Positions 19,500 to 34,142 of a stretch of DNA of 64,000 nt are shown here, piece by piece. Origin of the DNA: the human T2T-CHM13v2.0 reference genome, Homo sapiens. The notes below the pieces were generated by a model that was not told the DNA's origin, ran no database searches, and was given only the letters and a program-made list of their open reading frames with translations. The stretch's first letter is position 1; each line of letters opens with the position of its first letter. The translations under genes and the position numbers were made by a program. Location: NCBI RefSeq assembly GCF_009914755.1, contig NC_060947.1; one strand, given 5' to 3'.

Positions 19500-20275
19500 T
19501 TAAATGTGATTGGGAGATTATAACCAACTTCACAGAGGAGGTGACATAGAAGCTAAGGCTTGAAGGATGAGTTAGATTTCAAGAGCTAGAAATGATGAGA
19601 GGCATCAATCCAGGCTAAGAGATCATAAGCAAGGTCATGAAGGCAGAGAAGTAAGTGAACTATTGAGCTAAGAGTAGGTAATCAGCTATGACTGAAGGAG
19701 AAGTCACTTAGCCTTGGTACCCATTACTCACTAGATATAGAATGACTATATGTAGGATTCTTGGGGAAATGTAATAAGAGATGACATCAGAAAAAAAGTA
19801 GCAGAGGCTAGAGGAGGAGGGCTCTTGAATGCTAGGTTAAGGATTTTGGGTTTAGTTATTTCATAATTATAAGGGAGAGAAGTGACAGGATCTAGCCACT
19901 GCATTAAAAGGGCAACTCCAGTCATTCCATAGAAAGTGGAGTAAAGGCAATGAGGCTGGTACAGAAAGAAGACCAGTTAAGAGGATACTTCAGTGTCTAG
20001 GTGAGTAAAAGCAAAGGCCTAGACTAGGATAGTGACAGTGAAGATGGAGAAGAGAGATACAGATTTGGAAGCCCTCAGCATATAAATGATGTCCAAAGCT
20101 TTGGGAATGGTGAGCTTACCCAAGGAAAATAAAGAATGAAAAGAGAAGATAATCAAAAACGAAACTCTGAGGAAACTCACATTCAGGAGGAAGGAGAAGA
20201 GTTTCCAAATGAAACTGAAGAATAGCCCAAAGAGCAACAGGAGAACCAGTAGAATACAATGCCCTGAAAGTCACT
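19500..20275 (-). mobile_element. L2 fragment(s)
   Basis: CTTCACAGAGGAGGTGACAT...TTGAAGGATGAGTTAGATTT; GACCAGTTAAGAGG...; GATGGAGAAGAGAGATACAGATTTGG. Confidence 0.65.
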
Positions 20276-20454
20276 AATTGGAAGTCTCTCAAAGTCCAAA
20301 GTACCCTGGAGCTAACATTCTTTAGTCTGCATATGCTAAAAGTAGCTTATGATGGTAGTAGCTTTTTATAGCAGTCATGTCATAATTTTGGCTCCTACTT
20401 AGTTTGTTTTTAACTACCACCCTGAAGTCTTAGCTGTAAGAATTGTATTCCAGA

Positions 20455-23400
20455 GTGGTGGCTGGCAAGATGGCTAAAGGGGAACACCTTCAGTCTGCAG
20501 CTCCCAGTGAAATCAACATAGAGGCAGGTAATTTCTGCATTTCCAACTGAGGTACATGGCTCATCTCATTGGGACTGGTTAGACAGTGGGTGCAGCCCAC
20601 AGAGGGAGACCCGAAACAGGGGGGTATCACCTCACCCAGGAAGCACAATGGGTCAGGGAACTCCCTCCACTAGCCAAGGGAAGCCATGAGGGAATGTGTC
20701 ATGAGGAATGATGCACTCCGGCCCAGATACTATGATTTTCCCACAGTCTTCTCAACCCACAGACCAGGAGATTCCCTCAGGTGCCTACCCCACCAGGGCC
20801 CAGGGTTTCAAGCACAAAACTGGGCTGCCGTTTGGGCAGGCACTGAGCTAGCTGCAGGATTTTTTGTTTTGTTTTGTTTTTTCATACCCCAGTAGCACCT
20901 GGAACGCCAGCAAGACAGAAACGTTCACTCCCTTGGAATGTGGGCTGAAGCCAGGGAGCCAAGCAGTCTAGCTCACCAAATCCCACCTCCGAGGAGCCCA
21001 GCAAGCTAAAATCACAGGCTTGAAATTCTCACTGCCAGCACAGCAGTCTGAAGTCGACCTGGGACACTAGAGTTTGGTGGGGGAAGGGGCATCTGCCATT
21101 ACTAACGCTTGAGTAGGTGGTTTTCCCCTCACAGTGTAAACAAAGACACCCAGGAAGTTCAGACTGAGCAGAGCCCACTGCAGCTCAGCAAAGCTGTTGT
21201 AGTTAGACTGCCTCTCTAGATTCCTATCTCTGGGCAGGGGATCTCTGAAAGAAAAGCAGCATCCCCAGTAAGGGGCTTATAGATAAAACTCCCATCTCCC
21301 TGGGACAGAGCAACTGGGGGAAGGGGTGGCTGTGGGCACAGCTTCAGCAGACTTAAACGTTCCTCCCTGCCAGCTCTGAGGAGAGCAGTGGATTTCCCAG
21401 CACAGTGCTTGAGCTCTGCTAAGGGTCACACTGCATTCTCCAGTGGGTCCCTGACCCCTGTGCCTCTTTACTGGGAGACAACTCCCAGCAGAGGTCGACA
21501 GACACACCTCATACAGGAGAGCTCTGGCTGGCATCTGGTGGGCGATTCTCTGAGACAAAACTTCCAGAGGAAGAAACAGACAGCAATCTTTGCTGTTTTG
21601 CAGCCTCCGCTGGTGATACCCAGGCAAAGAGGGTCTGGAGTGGTCCTCCAGCAAACTCCAGCAGACCAGCAGCAGAGAGGCATGACTGTTAGAAGGAAAA
21701 CTAACGAACTGAAAGGAATAGCATCAACATCAATGAAAAGGACATCCACACAGAAACCCCAACCGAAGGTCACCAACATCAAAGACCAAAAGTACATAAA
21801 TCCATGAAGATGAGGAAAAATCAGCACAAAAAGGCAGAAAATTCCAAAAACCAGAATGCCTCTTCTCCTCCAAAGGATCACAACTCCTCACCAGCAAGAG
21901 AGCAAAATGCACAGAGAATGAGTTTGATGAATTAACAGAAGTAGGCTTCAGAAGGTGGGTAATAACAAACTCCTCTGAGCTCAAGGAGCATGTTTTAACC
22001 CAATACAAGAAAGCTAAGAATCTTGATAAAAGGTTAGAGGAATTGCTAACTAAAATAACCATTTTATAGGAAAACATAAATGACCTGACGGAGCTGAAAA
22101 ACACAGCACAAGATCTTTGTGAAGCATATGCAAGTACCAATAGTGGAATTGATCAAGCGGAAGAAAGAATATCAGAGATTAAAGATCAGCTTAATGAAAT
22201 AAAGTGTGAAGATTAGAGAAAAAAGAATGAAAAGCAACAAACAAAGCCTCAAAGAAACATGGGACTATGTGAAAAGACCAAACCTAAGTTTGATTGGTGT
22301 ACTTGAAAGTGATGGGGAGAATGGAACCAAGTTGGAAAACACTCTTCAGAATATTACCCAGAAGACCTTCCCCAAGCTAACAAGACAGGCCAAAATTCAA
22401 ATTCAGAAAATACAAAGAACACCACAAAAATACTCCTTGAGAAGAGCAACCCCAAGGCACATAATCCTCAGATTCACCAACGTTGAAATGGAGGAAAAAA
22501 ATGTTAAGAGCAGCCAGAGAGAAAGGTCGGGTTACCCACAAAGGGAAGCCCATCAGATTAACCATGAATCTCTCTGCAGAAACCCTACAAGCCAGAAGAG
22601 AGTGGGAGCCAATTATTCAACATTCTTAAAGAAAATAATTTTCAACCCAGAATTTTATATCCAGCCAAACTAAGTTTCATAAGTGAAGGAGAAATAAAAT
22701 CCTGTAAAGATAAACAAATGCTGAAACGTTTTGTCACCACCAGGCCTGTCTTATAAGAGCTCCTGAAGGAAGCACTAAATATGGGGGAAAAAAGCCAGTA
22801 ACAGCCACTACAAAAACATACCAAATTGTAAAGACCATCAACGCTATGAGGAAACTGCATCAGCTAACAGGCAAAATAACCAGATAGCATCATAATTACA
22901 GAATCAAATTCACACATAACAATATTAACCTTAAATGTAAGTGGGCTAAATGCCAAATTAAAACACACAGATGGGCAAATTGGATAGAGTCAAGACCCAT
23001 CGACGTGCTGTATTCAGGAGACCCATCCCTTGTGCAAAGATGCACATAGGCTCAAAATAAAGGGATGCAGGAATGTTTACCAAGCAAATGGACAGAAAAA
23101 AAAAAAGGCAGGGGTTGCAATCCTAGTCTCTGATAAAACAGACTTTAAACGAACAAAGATCAAAATAGACAAAGAAGGGCATTACATAATGGTAAAGAGA
23201 TCAATGCAGCAAGAAAAGCTAACTATGCTAAATATCTATGCACCCAATACCTGAGCACTCAGATTCATAAAGCAAGTTCTTAGAAACCTACAAAGAGACT
23301 TAGACACCCACACTATAACAGTGGGAGACTTTAACACCCAATTGTCAATAGTAGACAGATCAATGAGGAAGAAAATTAACAAAGGATATTCAGGACTTGA

Positions 23401-26400
23401 ACTCAGCTCTGGACCAAGTGGACCCAATAGACATTGACAGAACACTCCACCACAAATCAAAAGAAGATACATTCTTCTCAGCACCTCCTTGCAGTTATTC
23501 TAAAATTGACCACATAATTGAAAGTAAAACGCTCCTCAGCAAATGCAAAAGAACGGAAATCATAATAAACAGTCTCTCAAACAACAGTGCAATCCAACTA
23601 CAACTTAGGATTTAACAACTCACCGAAAACTGCACAACTACATGGAAACTGAGCAACCTGCTCCTGAATGACTACTGGGTAAATAACGAAATTAAGGCAA
23701 AAATAAATAAGTTATTTCAAACCACTGAGAACAAAAATACCATGCACCAGAATCTCCGGGACACAGCTAATGCAGTGTTTAGAGGGAAATTTATAGCACT
23801 AAATGCCCACATCAGAAAGTGGGAAAGATCTAAAATTGACACCCTAACATCACAATTAAAAGAACTAGAGATGCAAGAGCAAACAAATTCAAAAGCTAGC
23901 AGAAGACAAGAAATAACTAAGATCAGAGAAGAACAGAAGGAGAGAGAGACATAAAGAAAACCCTCAAAAAATCAGTGAATCCAGGAGGTGGCTTTATGAA
24001 AAGATTAACAAAATAGATAGACCGATAGCCAGACTAATAAAGAAGAAAAGAGAGAAGAATCAAATATATGCAATAAAAAAGATATAGGGAAGATCACATC
24101 ACCACTGATCTCACAGAAATACAAACTACCATCAGGGAATACTATAAACACCTCTTCGCAAATAAACTACAAAGTCTAGAAGAAATGGATAAATTCCTGG
24201 ACACATACACCCTCCCAAGACTAAACCAGGAAAAATTCGAATCCCTGAAGAGACCAATAACAAGTTCTGAAATTGAGGCAGTAATTAATTGCCTACCAAA
24301 AATTTAAAAATAATAAAAAAAACAAGGACCAGATGAATTCACAGCCAAATTCTATCAAAGGTACAAAGAGGAGCTGGTACCATTCCTTCTGAAACTATTC
24401 CAAAAAATAGAAAAAGAGGAACTCCTCCCTAACTCATTTTATTAGGCTAGCATCATCCTGATACCAAAACCTGGCAGAGACACAACAAATAAAGAAAATT
24501 TAAGTCCAATATCCCTGATGAACATCGATGTGAAAATCCTCTATAAAATACTGGCAAACCAAATCAGCAGCACATCAAAAAACTTATCCAACACAATCAA
24601 GTCAGCTTCATCCCTGGGATGCTAGGCTGGTTCAACATATGCAAATCAATAAACATAATCCATTACATAAACAGAACCAATGACAAGAACCACATAATTA
24701 TCTCAATAGATGCCGAAAAGGCCTTTAATAAAATTCAACACCCCTTCATGCTAAAAACTCTCAATAAATTAGGTATTGAAGAAACTTTATCTCCAAATAA
24801 TGAGAGCTATTTATCACAAACCCACAGCCAATATCATAATGAATGGACAAAAGCTGGAAGCATTCCCTTTGAAAACTGGCACAAAACAAGGATGCCCTCT
24901 CTCACCACTCCTATTCAACATAGTGTTGGAAGTTCTGGCCAGGGTAATCAGGCAAGAGAAAGAAATAAAGCGTGTTCAAATAGGAACAGAGGAAGTCAAA
25001 TTGTCTCTGTTTGTAGAAGACATGATTATACATTTAGAAAACCCCATCATCTCAGCCCAAAATCTCCTTAAGCTGATAAGCAACTTCAGCAATGTCTCAG
25101 GATACAAAGTCAATGTGCAAAAATCACAAGCATTCATATACATCAATAATAGACAAACAGAGAGCCAAATCATGAGTGAACTCCCATTCACAATTGCTTC
25201 AAAGAGAATAAAATACCTAGGAATCCAACTTACAAGGGACGTGAAGGACCTCTTCAAGGAGAACTACAAACCACTGCTCAATGAAATAAAAGAGGATACA
25301 AACAAATGGAAGAACATTCCATGCTCATGGGTAGGAAGAATCAATATCGTGAAAATGGCCATACTGCCCAAGGTAATTTATAGATTCAATGCCATCCCCA
25401 TCAAGCTACCAATGACTTTCTTCACAGAATTGGAAAAAACTACTTTAAAGTTCATATGGAACCAAAAAAGAGCCCGCATTGCCAAGTCAATCCTAAGCCA
25501 AAAGAACGAAGCTGGAGGCATCATGCTACCTGACTTCAAATTATACTACAAGGCTACAGTAACCAAAACAGCACGGTACTGGTACCAAAACAAATATATA
25601 GGCCAATGGAACAGAACAGAGGCCTCAGAAATAATGCCACACATGTACAACAAACTGCTCTTTACTAACCTGACAAAAACAAGCAATGGGGAAATGACTC
25701 CTTATTTAACAAATCGTGTTGGGAAAACTGGCTAGCCATAAGCAGACAACTGACACTGGACCCCTTCCTTACACCTTATACAAAAATTAACTCAAGATGG
25801 ATTAAAGACTTAAATGTAAGACCTAAAACTATAAAAAACCTAGAAGAAAACCTAGGCAATATCATTCAGGACATACGCATGGGCAAAGACTTCACAAATA
25901 AAACACCAAAAGCAATGGCAAAAAAAGCCAAAATTGACAAACGGTATCTAATTAAACTAAAGAGCTTCTGTACAGCAAAAGAAGCTATCATCAGAGTGAA
26001 CAGGCAACCTACAGAATGGGAGAAAAATTTTGCAATCTATCCATCTGACAAAGGGCTAATATCCAGAATCTACAAGGAACTTAAACTGATTTACAAGAAA
26101 AAAAACAAACATCCCCTTCAAAAAGTTGGTGAAGGATATGAACAGGCACTTCTCAAAAGAAGACATTTATGTGGGCAACAAACATATGAAAAAAAACTCA
26201 TCATCACTGGATATTAGAGAAATGCAAATCAAAATCACAATGAGATACCATCTCATGCAAGTTAGAATGGTGATCATTAAAAATTCAGGAAACAACAGAT
26301 ATTGGAGAGGATGTGGAGAAATAGGAATGCTTTTACACTGTTGGTGGGAGTGTAAATTAGTTCAACCATTGTGGAAGACAGTGTGGTGATTCCTCAAGGA

Positions 26401-26945
26401 TCTAGAACCAGAAATACCATTCGACCCAGCAATCACATTACTGGGTATACACCCAAAGGATTAAAAATCATTATATTATAAAGACATATGCACACATATA
26501 TTTATTGCAGCACTGTTCACAATAGCAAAGACTTGGAACCAACCCAAAAGTCCATCAATAATAGACTGGATAAAGAAAATGTGGCACATATACACCATGG
26601 AATACTATGCAGCCACAAAAAAGGGTGAGTTCATGTCCTTTGCAGGGACATAGATGTAGCTGGAAATCTTCATTCTCAGCAAACTAACACAAGAACAGAA
26701 AACCAAACACAACATGTTCTCACTCATAAGTGGGAGTTGAACAATGAGAACACATGGACATAGGAAGGGGAGCATCACACACCAGGGCCTGTTGGTAGGG
26801 GCAGCTGGGGGAGATATAGCATTAGGAGAAATACCTAACATGCATGACGGGTTGATGGGTGCAGCAAACCACCATGGCACTTGTATACCTATGCAACAAA
26901 CCTGCACATCCTGCACATGTATTTCAGAACATAAAGTATAATTTT
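20455..26945 (+). mobile_element. Full-length LINE-1, L1PA7-like, inactive
   Basis: 5'UTR GGCTGGCAAGATGG...CAGACCAGGAGATTCCCTC...GGTTTCAAGCACAAAACTGGG; ORF1 remnants 21804-22830; ORF2 remnants including a 319-aa segment at 24776-25735 (RT motif altered to FVED); 3'UTR ends CAGAACATAAAGTATAA. Confidence 0.93.
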
Positions 26946-27955
<1,010 letters not shown>

Positions 27956-28656
27956 AGTATAATTTTAAAAATTGCTACAGTATTTCAAAAAAATGTAAAC
28001 TGTTCCTACAGTATTTTTTTCTTAGCACTTTTTGGTTTGTATAATATTTCACAATAAAAATAGCTTTCTTTTAGGAAAAAAAAGAATTGTAATTCAGTCA
28101 GATTTCCCTGTCCTAGACTTTGAAGTTGCAAAACAGGACTTATTTTCTTCCTATTTATTGTCATTGTTCTTGTTTTGGGTTGTTATTTTAGCCTGTCCAA
28201 CAATTTTTTTACATCTCGATTCATTCCACATATTACCCCCTTCTCCCGGCTTTGTATCATCTGCAATTTTATCAGCTCACTTTTTATGTCTTCATCCATA
28301 TCATTGATTAAAATGTTGACTGGAAAGGGACCCAGTCCAAAGTGGCTATAAAGATCTGCTTTAGGGTGACATAAAGCATGAATATGTCACCTTTGGGTTC
28401 AAATTATGAATCTTGCGCAGTTTCATTATTCAGCCCACTTATCTGCATTCTGCCAACAAAGATATCACAGAGAAAATATACCAAAATCAATATACACCAT
28501 GACTAAAGCATTCTCTGTCTGCAAATCTAATAACCACATTCAGAGAAGAAATTCATTTCTTTTGGTAGACCAACTCCTAGCAATCACTTTATTTTCTAGA
28601 TGCTCACAAACCATGAGCCTACTAATCAATCTTAAATTGTTGCTGAGCACTGACAT

Positions 28657-28998
28657 TGTTATAGGACTTTTTCCTCAGTTCAGCTAAGAGGCAGTCTCTT
28701 GTCACATGGCCATGAGAGATTAGGCTCACAGACACTTTGAAGGGTGAGAAAAAATGAAATTTATTGGACGAAAAGGGAAAAAAGGGAAACGTGGACCCTC
28801 CACAAAGCCATAGTCCTGCTAGTGCACATCCTGCCTCACAGATTGAATCCCAGGTACCACCCAGGGAGAGGAGAGACCAGGCTCCTCCCCACTGCAAATG
28901 GTGCAAACTTCCCAAGGCTCCACCCCAGTGCGCATTCCTCCCAGTGTGCAGGTCGGTCAGAGGTTCTGCCAGGAAGCCTTTTCCATCTGGCTGTCTCA
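28657..28998 (-). mobile_element. MER61 (MER61A-like) ERV1 solo LTR
   Basis: Minus strand reads TGAGACAGCCAGATGG...AATAAATTTC...GCTGAACTGAGGAAAAAGTCCTATAACA. 4-bp TSD ACAT at 28653-28656 and 28999-29002. Confidence 0.88.
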
Positions 28999-29274
28999 AC
29001 ATCAAGTTTTTTTGTCTGTACTTTCTAGAATCTGATTAGTCTTTTGGCAGTTCTCTTCAAAGAATATTTACAAAAGTACTAAAAAATTATCTCCAAAATT
29101 TTAACTCTATAGAATTAATTGTGGATGATGTTATAAATGTAAGGAGAGGCCATTGGTGGTTTTGAATAGGGAAGAGGGTGACAGAATCTGATTTGCACAC
29201 CTCCAAGAATTAGAATAGATTGTCAGTCCCAGGAAAGACTCCAGAGTTGGGTGAGACTACATACTGCCCTTTGT

Positions 29275-29490
29275 TTGCTTTTTTATTTTTAATTGACACA
29301 TAATAATTGTGCATATTTATGGAACACAGGGTGAGTTTTGACACACATATATGCTATGCTATGTAATGATCAAATCAGGGTAATTGACATATTCACTATC
29401 TCAAGCATTTATCATTTCTTTGTGGTGAGAACACTCAAAATCCTCTTTTACAGCTATTTTGAGATATACAATACATTATTGTTAACTATT
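29275..29490 (-). mobile_element. L1MA-type 3' end fragment
   Basis: TTTAATTGACACATAATAATTGTGCATATTTATGG...GATCAAATCAGGGTAATT...CATTTATCATTTCTTTGTGGTGAGAACA...TTGTTAACTAT. Confidence 0.85.
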
Positions 29491-30434
29491 ATAAGGTCCT
29501 TTTTAAGTTTCCCTAATGTCTCTAACTTCCCAAAGTGATTAAGCCCTGCTCATCAAGCAAGACCACACCCCCGATCTCTGTTTCTTCTCACTCTTTTCCC
29601 CTCTGCCTGGGATATCCTTTTCCTATTTCCACTACCTTCTTCCCCATGTACAAATGTTGTGCATCCTTTAAGTTCCAATTCTAACGCCATCTGTACCAAA
29701 AAGTCATCTGGATTTCCCCTACTTTGAATTCTTATACCCCGTCTCTGTACCTTCCTCAGGCACTGAGCCCTTTCTACCTTAGATCATGCTCTTTGGAATA
29801 GGGCCAAGAGAAAGAGTATGAAAACAGCAAATGCTATCATGAAAGGAGATGCTTATTACTGGGACTCACTATCTGAGACTTCAAGGCACCTCTGAGGAGA
29901 TCTGGTGCCCGAGGAATGTTGGTCAAGGACAATGTCAGACAACCCCAAGAGCATTCCCTGTTGTTTATACTCTAGTTTCCGTCATCAAGATGCTTTCAAT
30001 AACAAGCCTCTCTTCTCAATGTGTAGCCTCATTACTACTGGTATGTTCCATTATCAAACCTTTGACCGTAGCTTTTACCTCCCATACTAAGCCTCTAGCA
30101 AGTGGTCTAGGCAGATTTTGATTTGAACAGTCAGTTGCTAAAGGATGTACCTGGAACAAAGATGACACTGTAACAAAATTCCTGTTGTTGGTGGACTCAC
30201 CTGAAGATAAAGGCCCCAAATTTCAGCAAAAATGTCTTTCTGTATCTCAAAGGGCCTTCTTATTAGAATGAGGGATAAAATATCTGGTGAGACAGTATCT
30301 TTCATTTCTGTTTCAAATGAAACTTCCCAGCTCCCTCCAATAGCATGGACCTCCTAAAGAATAAGTGTCATACTTCCTTCAATTCTAATGGAAAATTCCA
30401 GTAGATCTGGAAAAAAAAAATCAGAAACTTTACT

Positions 30435-30830
30435 GTGTCAGTCAGGATTGTGTTCAGCTACATGTAACAGAAACCCAAGTCCAGTTACTTAAACAGGAAA
30501 TTGATTTTCTTCTTCTCATGAAGCCAGAAGGCTGATGGCATGCAGTCCAGGGAAGATACAGCAGCTCCACAATATTTCATTTTGCAAAACGACTGCTGCA
30601 ACTCTAGACATTACATGTGCATTCCAAGCAGGATGAAGAAAAGGCTGGATGGAGAAAGTCAGCAACATTTGTCTCTTTTGTTAGGAAAACAATAATGTTC
30701 CCTAAAGCCCCACCTAGTAGATTTCCACGTACATCTCATTGGCCAGAACTGCATCACATGATTACCTTTTGCTGCTCAGACACTCAAGAAATTAACTGGG
30801 CATATTGCAGCCCCATATAGTCAGGTATTT
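30435..30830 (-). mobile_element. MLT1 (K/L-type) MaLR LTR
   Basis: TGTGTCAGTCAGGATT...TGTAACAGAAACCCAA...CATCTCATTGGCCAGAACTGCATCACATG. Confidence 0.65.
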
Positions 30831-31075
30831 TTTTTAGTACAGAAGAAATTAAGAAAAGGATATTAGATAGGTAATGAGCAGTATTTATAACTGTATATAG
30901 AGAGAGCCAAAGAATTGAAACTGTAAAAGTGTATGTCATTTGAATACATCGTTTATCTCCCTTTTTAGGCTGCACCTTCCCTAAAGTCAGGGTCTACATC
31001 TCCATCTCTGCATTCCACACAGCAGGCAGAGAACATTTATTCCATCATATTCACTATATACCAGAAATTGTGTGA

Positions 31076-31174
31076 TCACACACATACACACACACACATG
31101 TGTATATGTGCATGTGTATATATAAATATGTGTGTACATATATAGATAGATAGATGATAGATAGATAGACAGAT

Positions 31175-31210
<36 letters not shown>
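31076..31210. repeat. Compound (CA)n/(TA)n/(GATA)n microsatellite
   Basis: Directly visible; about 15 GATA-type units at 31142-31210. Confidence 0.95.
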
Positions 31211-31212
<2 letters not shown>

Positions 31213-31219
31213 TTCATCT

Positions 31220-31392
31220 AAAGTCTTCCCAACAACCCTAGAAGTTGGGTACTATAGTCTTCCTACTTAATAGATGATGAAATTCAGGCTTAGAGAGTTC
31301 AGATGACTTGTACAAAGCTCATACCTCCAGCAAGTGGTCAAGGTTGAATTTGAAGTGGACACTCAGATGCTAAAGGCTGTATTCTTTTACCA
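31220..31392 (-). mobile_element. MIR SINE
   Basis: AACAACCCTAGAAG...ATAGATGATGAAATTCAGGCTTAGAGAGTT...GACTTG... Confidence 0.75.
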
Positions 31393-31789
31393 CACCAAAG
31401 TGCCTGACATAATGTTGGCACTTAAATAAATCAGTGACAGTGGCACTTTCTGCCACTGTCAGCTACTTCAAAGGATCATATACCTTCAAATCTGGGGCCA
31501 CTTGTCACATGCCTTTTTGTGACCATATACCCACTGCTCTCCTGCCTACCTTTCTATCTCTCTAGGCATTTCTCTCCAGAGCAGTAAAGACTTTTGCAGC
31601 TTAATACAGGGAATCTCTGGCTTACAGACAATCCTTACTGCTATGATAAAAGATATTGTTTCAGGGACAACAGGCAAAAGCCACTCTTTGAAGCAAAGAG
31701 AAAAGATAATTTTTAAAGAGATATGACCAAGGTTGACTGTGATGGCTCCTTGGAGTAGTGTCCCAGTCACATCAGCCTACTGCTAACTA

Positions 31790-31925
31790 CAAGACTGGCA
31801 GTCAGGAGACATGTCTTGGCCCAGGTTTTGTTATTAATGTGTTAATGACCTTGGACAAGTCACTGCCCAGTTCTCAATCTAAGTTTTTAACTTCCATAGA
31901 AGAAGGGGCTTAGATAAATAAGGTT
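31790..31925 (+). mobile_element. MIR fragment
   Basis: GTCAGGAGACATG...TGACCTTGGACAAGTCACT... Confidence 0.6.
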
Positions 31926-32704
31926 GCTTTGAAAGATGAGCTAACATGTGTAAATGTATGACCTAGAATTAAGAAGATGATGGTCAGAGTTATGCGCATG
32001 CACAGATACATGCAAGCATGTATGTGCGTGTGTGCAAAAACACACAGATACACAGTTTTGACTAAGTTCTATCACTTGTGTAACCACCAGACATTTACAG
32101 AACACATTTTCATAAGGACCAAATTTAGTGCTTTCTCTTTGCTTGCCAAGGCTAATCCATGTGGTCCTTTTTCTTATAATCTACATCCACTCACAAAAAG
32201 AATGTTGTTTTTCATTATGTTACCCAAATTATATTTGTTAAAGTGAGTGAGACTGGACTCTGAGCCTGAGGAGCCTGCCTTAATTGCATCATTTCAGTAT
32301 ATTAAGTTATCTTGGGTGCTCAAGTCTGACTATGATGAGAAGAAAATCTGCCAGTGTTTGGGTCTTATCCACCAGCACTGAGGGTGGTCTTAGAGTTTGC
32401 TGAGCAATGGGGCAGATTTTTTTTAATGTTCACTTTCCTCTTATTAAGTTTCTGAGCCTATTTTTCCATTAATCTCACTCCTAGCAATGGCTCCAAGACA
32501 TATCTAGGCCTGGGTCTTTATACAATATGTTGATACAATGAATCCAGGGAATAGTCCCCAACCTCCCAGGCTCCCAGCTCCTCTAGCAACTCCCTCATTT
32601 TGCTTCTCACCATTCAAAAGACAAGTGAAAATACAAATATTTTAGTGAAATACATGGACTTTATTTTCCACTGTGGAGGTAATTTCATGTCCCTTACATG
32701 TAGA

Positions 32705-32885
32705 GAAGCATCATGTACAGTGGTAAGGGCAATCATTGGGACTTAGAAAGCCTGGCTTCTGTTCCAAATTCTGCCCTCATCTATGTGACCTCGGGGAAGA
32801 CTTTTCTACCCTTTTGAGTTCTTAAAAATGCATTAATAAAATGACGGGGTTAAACTGCTAATCTCTTAGGACCCTTTTGGTCCTA
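32705..32885 (+). mobile_element. MIR/MIR3 fragment
   Basis: GAAGCATCATGTACAGTGGTAAG...TGTGACCTCGGGGAAGAC...TAAAATGACGGGGTTAAACT. Confidence 0.65.
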
Positions 32886-33891
32886 ATAATCATGGTTTGC
32901 CCACACAAACATATTCATGTCAGAATGCACTGTCCCAGAACTTGGGGCTGTAAGTCCAATTAACATCATCTTCAGTACCTGAGGGTCATACAACTCCAAG
33001 GGAAGCCATTCACACAGTGGGGAATACCACTCACCCAAGGCCATGAAATCATCTGGCACCATGTTTAAGATAATCTGACAAAGGCTTTTTGAGCATGATG
33101 CCAAACATGGCATATATCTTGAGCCATACATGCTGATTGAAAGCCTGTTTCCCCCCAACCCTTGCTACAGGAGCCACTCCAAAATGACAGTTTCCCCTTC
33201 ACTGAGAAGGCATAGATCATTAGCTATCTCTTTTGATCTCATTCCCCAAAACTTGGGGTCCCTGAGGAGTGGCATCTCTGTCCAAAGGAAGGAGAGCTTG
33301 CATTATGTAAAAGAAACAATTTGGTTCAATTTGGTTAAAGGTAGAACATCTGAAGGGAGCATATTGGCCTGAATAAGATCAGCAGGCTTTTTGGGCCCCC
33401 TGACTAGCATCTTGAGCAAAAGCCCAAATGCCAAGGGAAGAAGAAAGTCACAGAAAGGTAAGATTAGGTTGCTTTAAACTAATTGGAAGATTTCACAAGT
33501 TTCCCGGGGCCAAACCAAGAGTGTATCATCCAGACCCAACCAGAGTATGTATCAGAGGGTCATGAGGTATTTCCTCAAGGGTGTCCTTGGTGCTTGGTGG
33601 CGGAGTGGGGGTGGAGGTGTGGAGGAAGAGATTACACTCCTCCCAGGGGAATGAGCTGAAGGAATTCTACAGAAATATCAAATATGTTTACTGTAGACCA
33701 GGACCTGTGTACATCTATAACTATTCAAAAGGGACTCCATAGAACTAAAATTCCACTTCCACTACATGCTCTGTATACATGGACTCTGGCCCTGCTGACC
33801 AGACTAACTGACTCCTCCAGCCATCTTTCATACCCTTGAACATTTTCCCCCACTGGACTCAGTTTCCCAGTATGAGTGAACTTGAATGCAA

Positions 33892-34142
33892 TCATAGATT
33901 TCAAACTGTTTTGTGAAGCCCTAAGGTTCAGGTTCAAATGGTGTGGCTTGAGCACACAGCTTAAGGGCTACCTCAGGGATGAGAAAGGCAAGGAGAGGTC
34001 AAGTGGGCAGACATTGCAGACCCCATAACCCACACTTCAGCGGAGGATTTCTGCTTCTATCTGTTTTATACATTAGGCTTCCATGAAATAATCCATTTGA
34101 AAAAAAATTAATCCAATGCTAAAAGTAGTTGGAAAACCACTG
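33892..34142. mobile_element. MER112-like hAT-Charlie DNA transposon relic
   Basis: TIR-like ends (ATTTCAAACTG... and ...GGAAAACCACTG) and internal CTATCTGTTTTATACATTAGGCTTCC. Confidence 0.6.

Noticed and set aside
24776-25735. 319-aa ORF, the longest in the window, as a possible functional or domesticated reverse transcriptase
   Set aside because: It is an internal L1 ORF2 fragment with a non-ATG start, the catalytic FADD motif changed to FVED, and frameshifts on both sides. Its length is partly explained by the young-sequence tract.
28657-28998. MER61 LTR as a p53-responsive enhancer
   Set aside because: I could not find a paired RRRCWWGYYY element in this copy.
29800-30220. Short ORFs in a unique island (29849-30121, 29905-30090, 30016-30219)
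   Set aside because: No recognisable homology, overlapping in several frames, and lengths expected by chance.
32325-32410. C/D-box snoRNA-like motifs (ATGATGA at 32332, CTGA at 32378 and 32400)
   Set aside because: There is no terminal stem next to the boxes, no recognisable rRNA/snRNA guide and no host gene.
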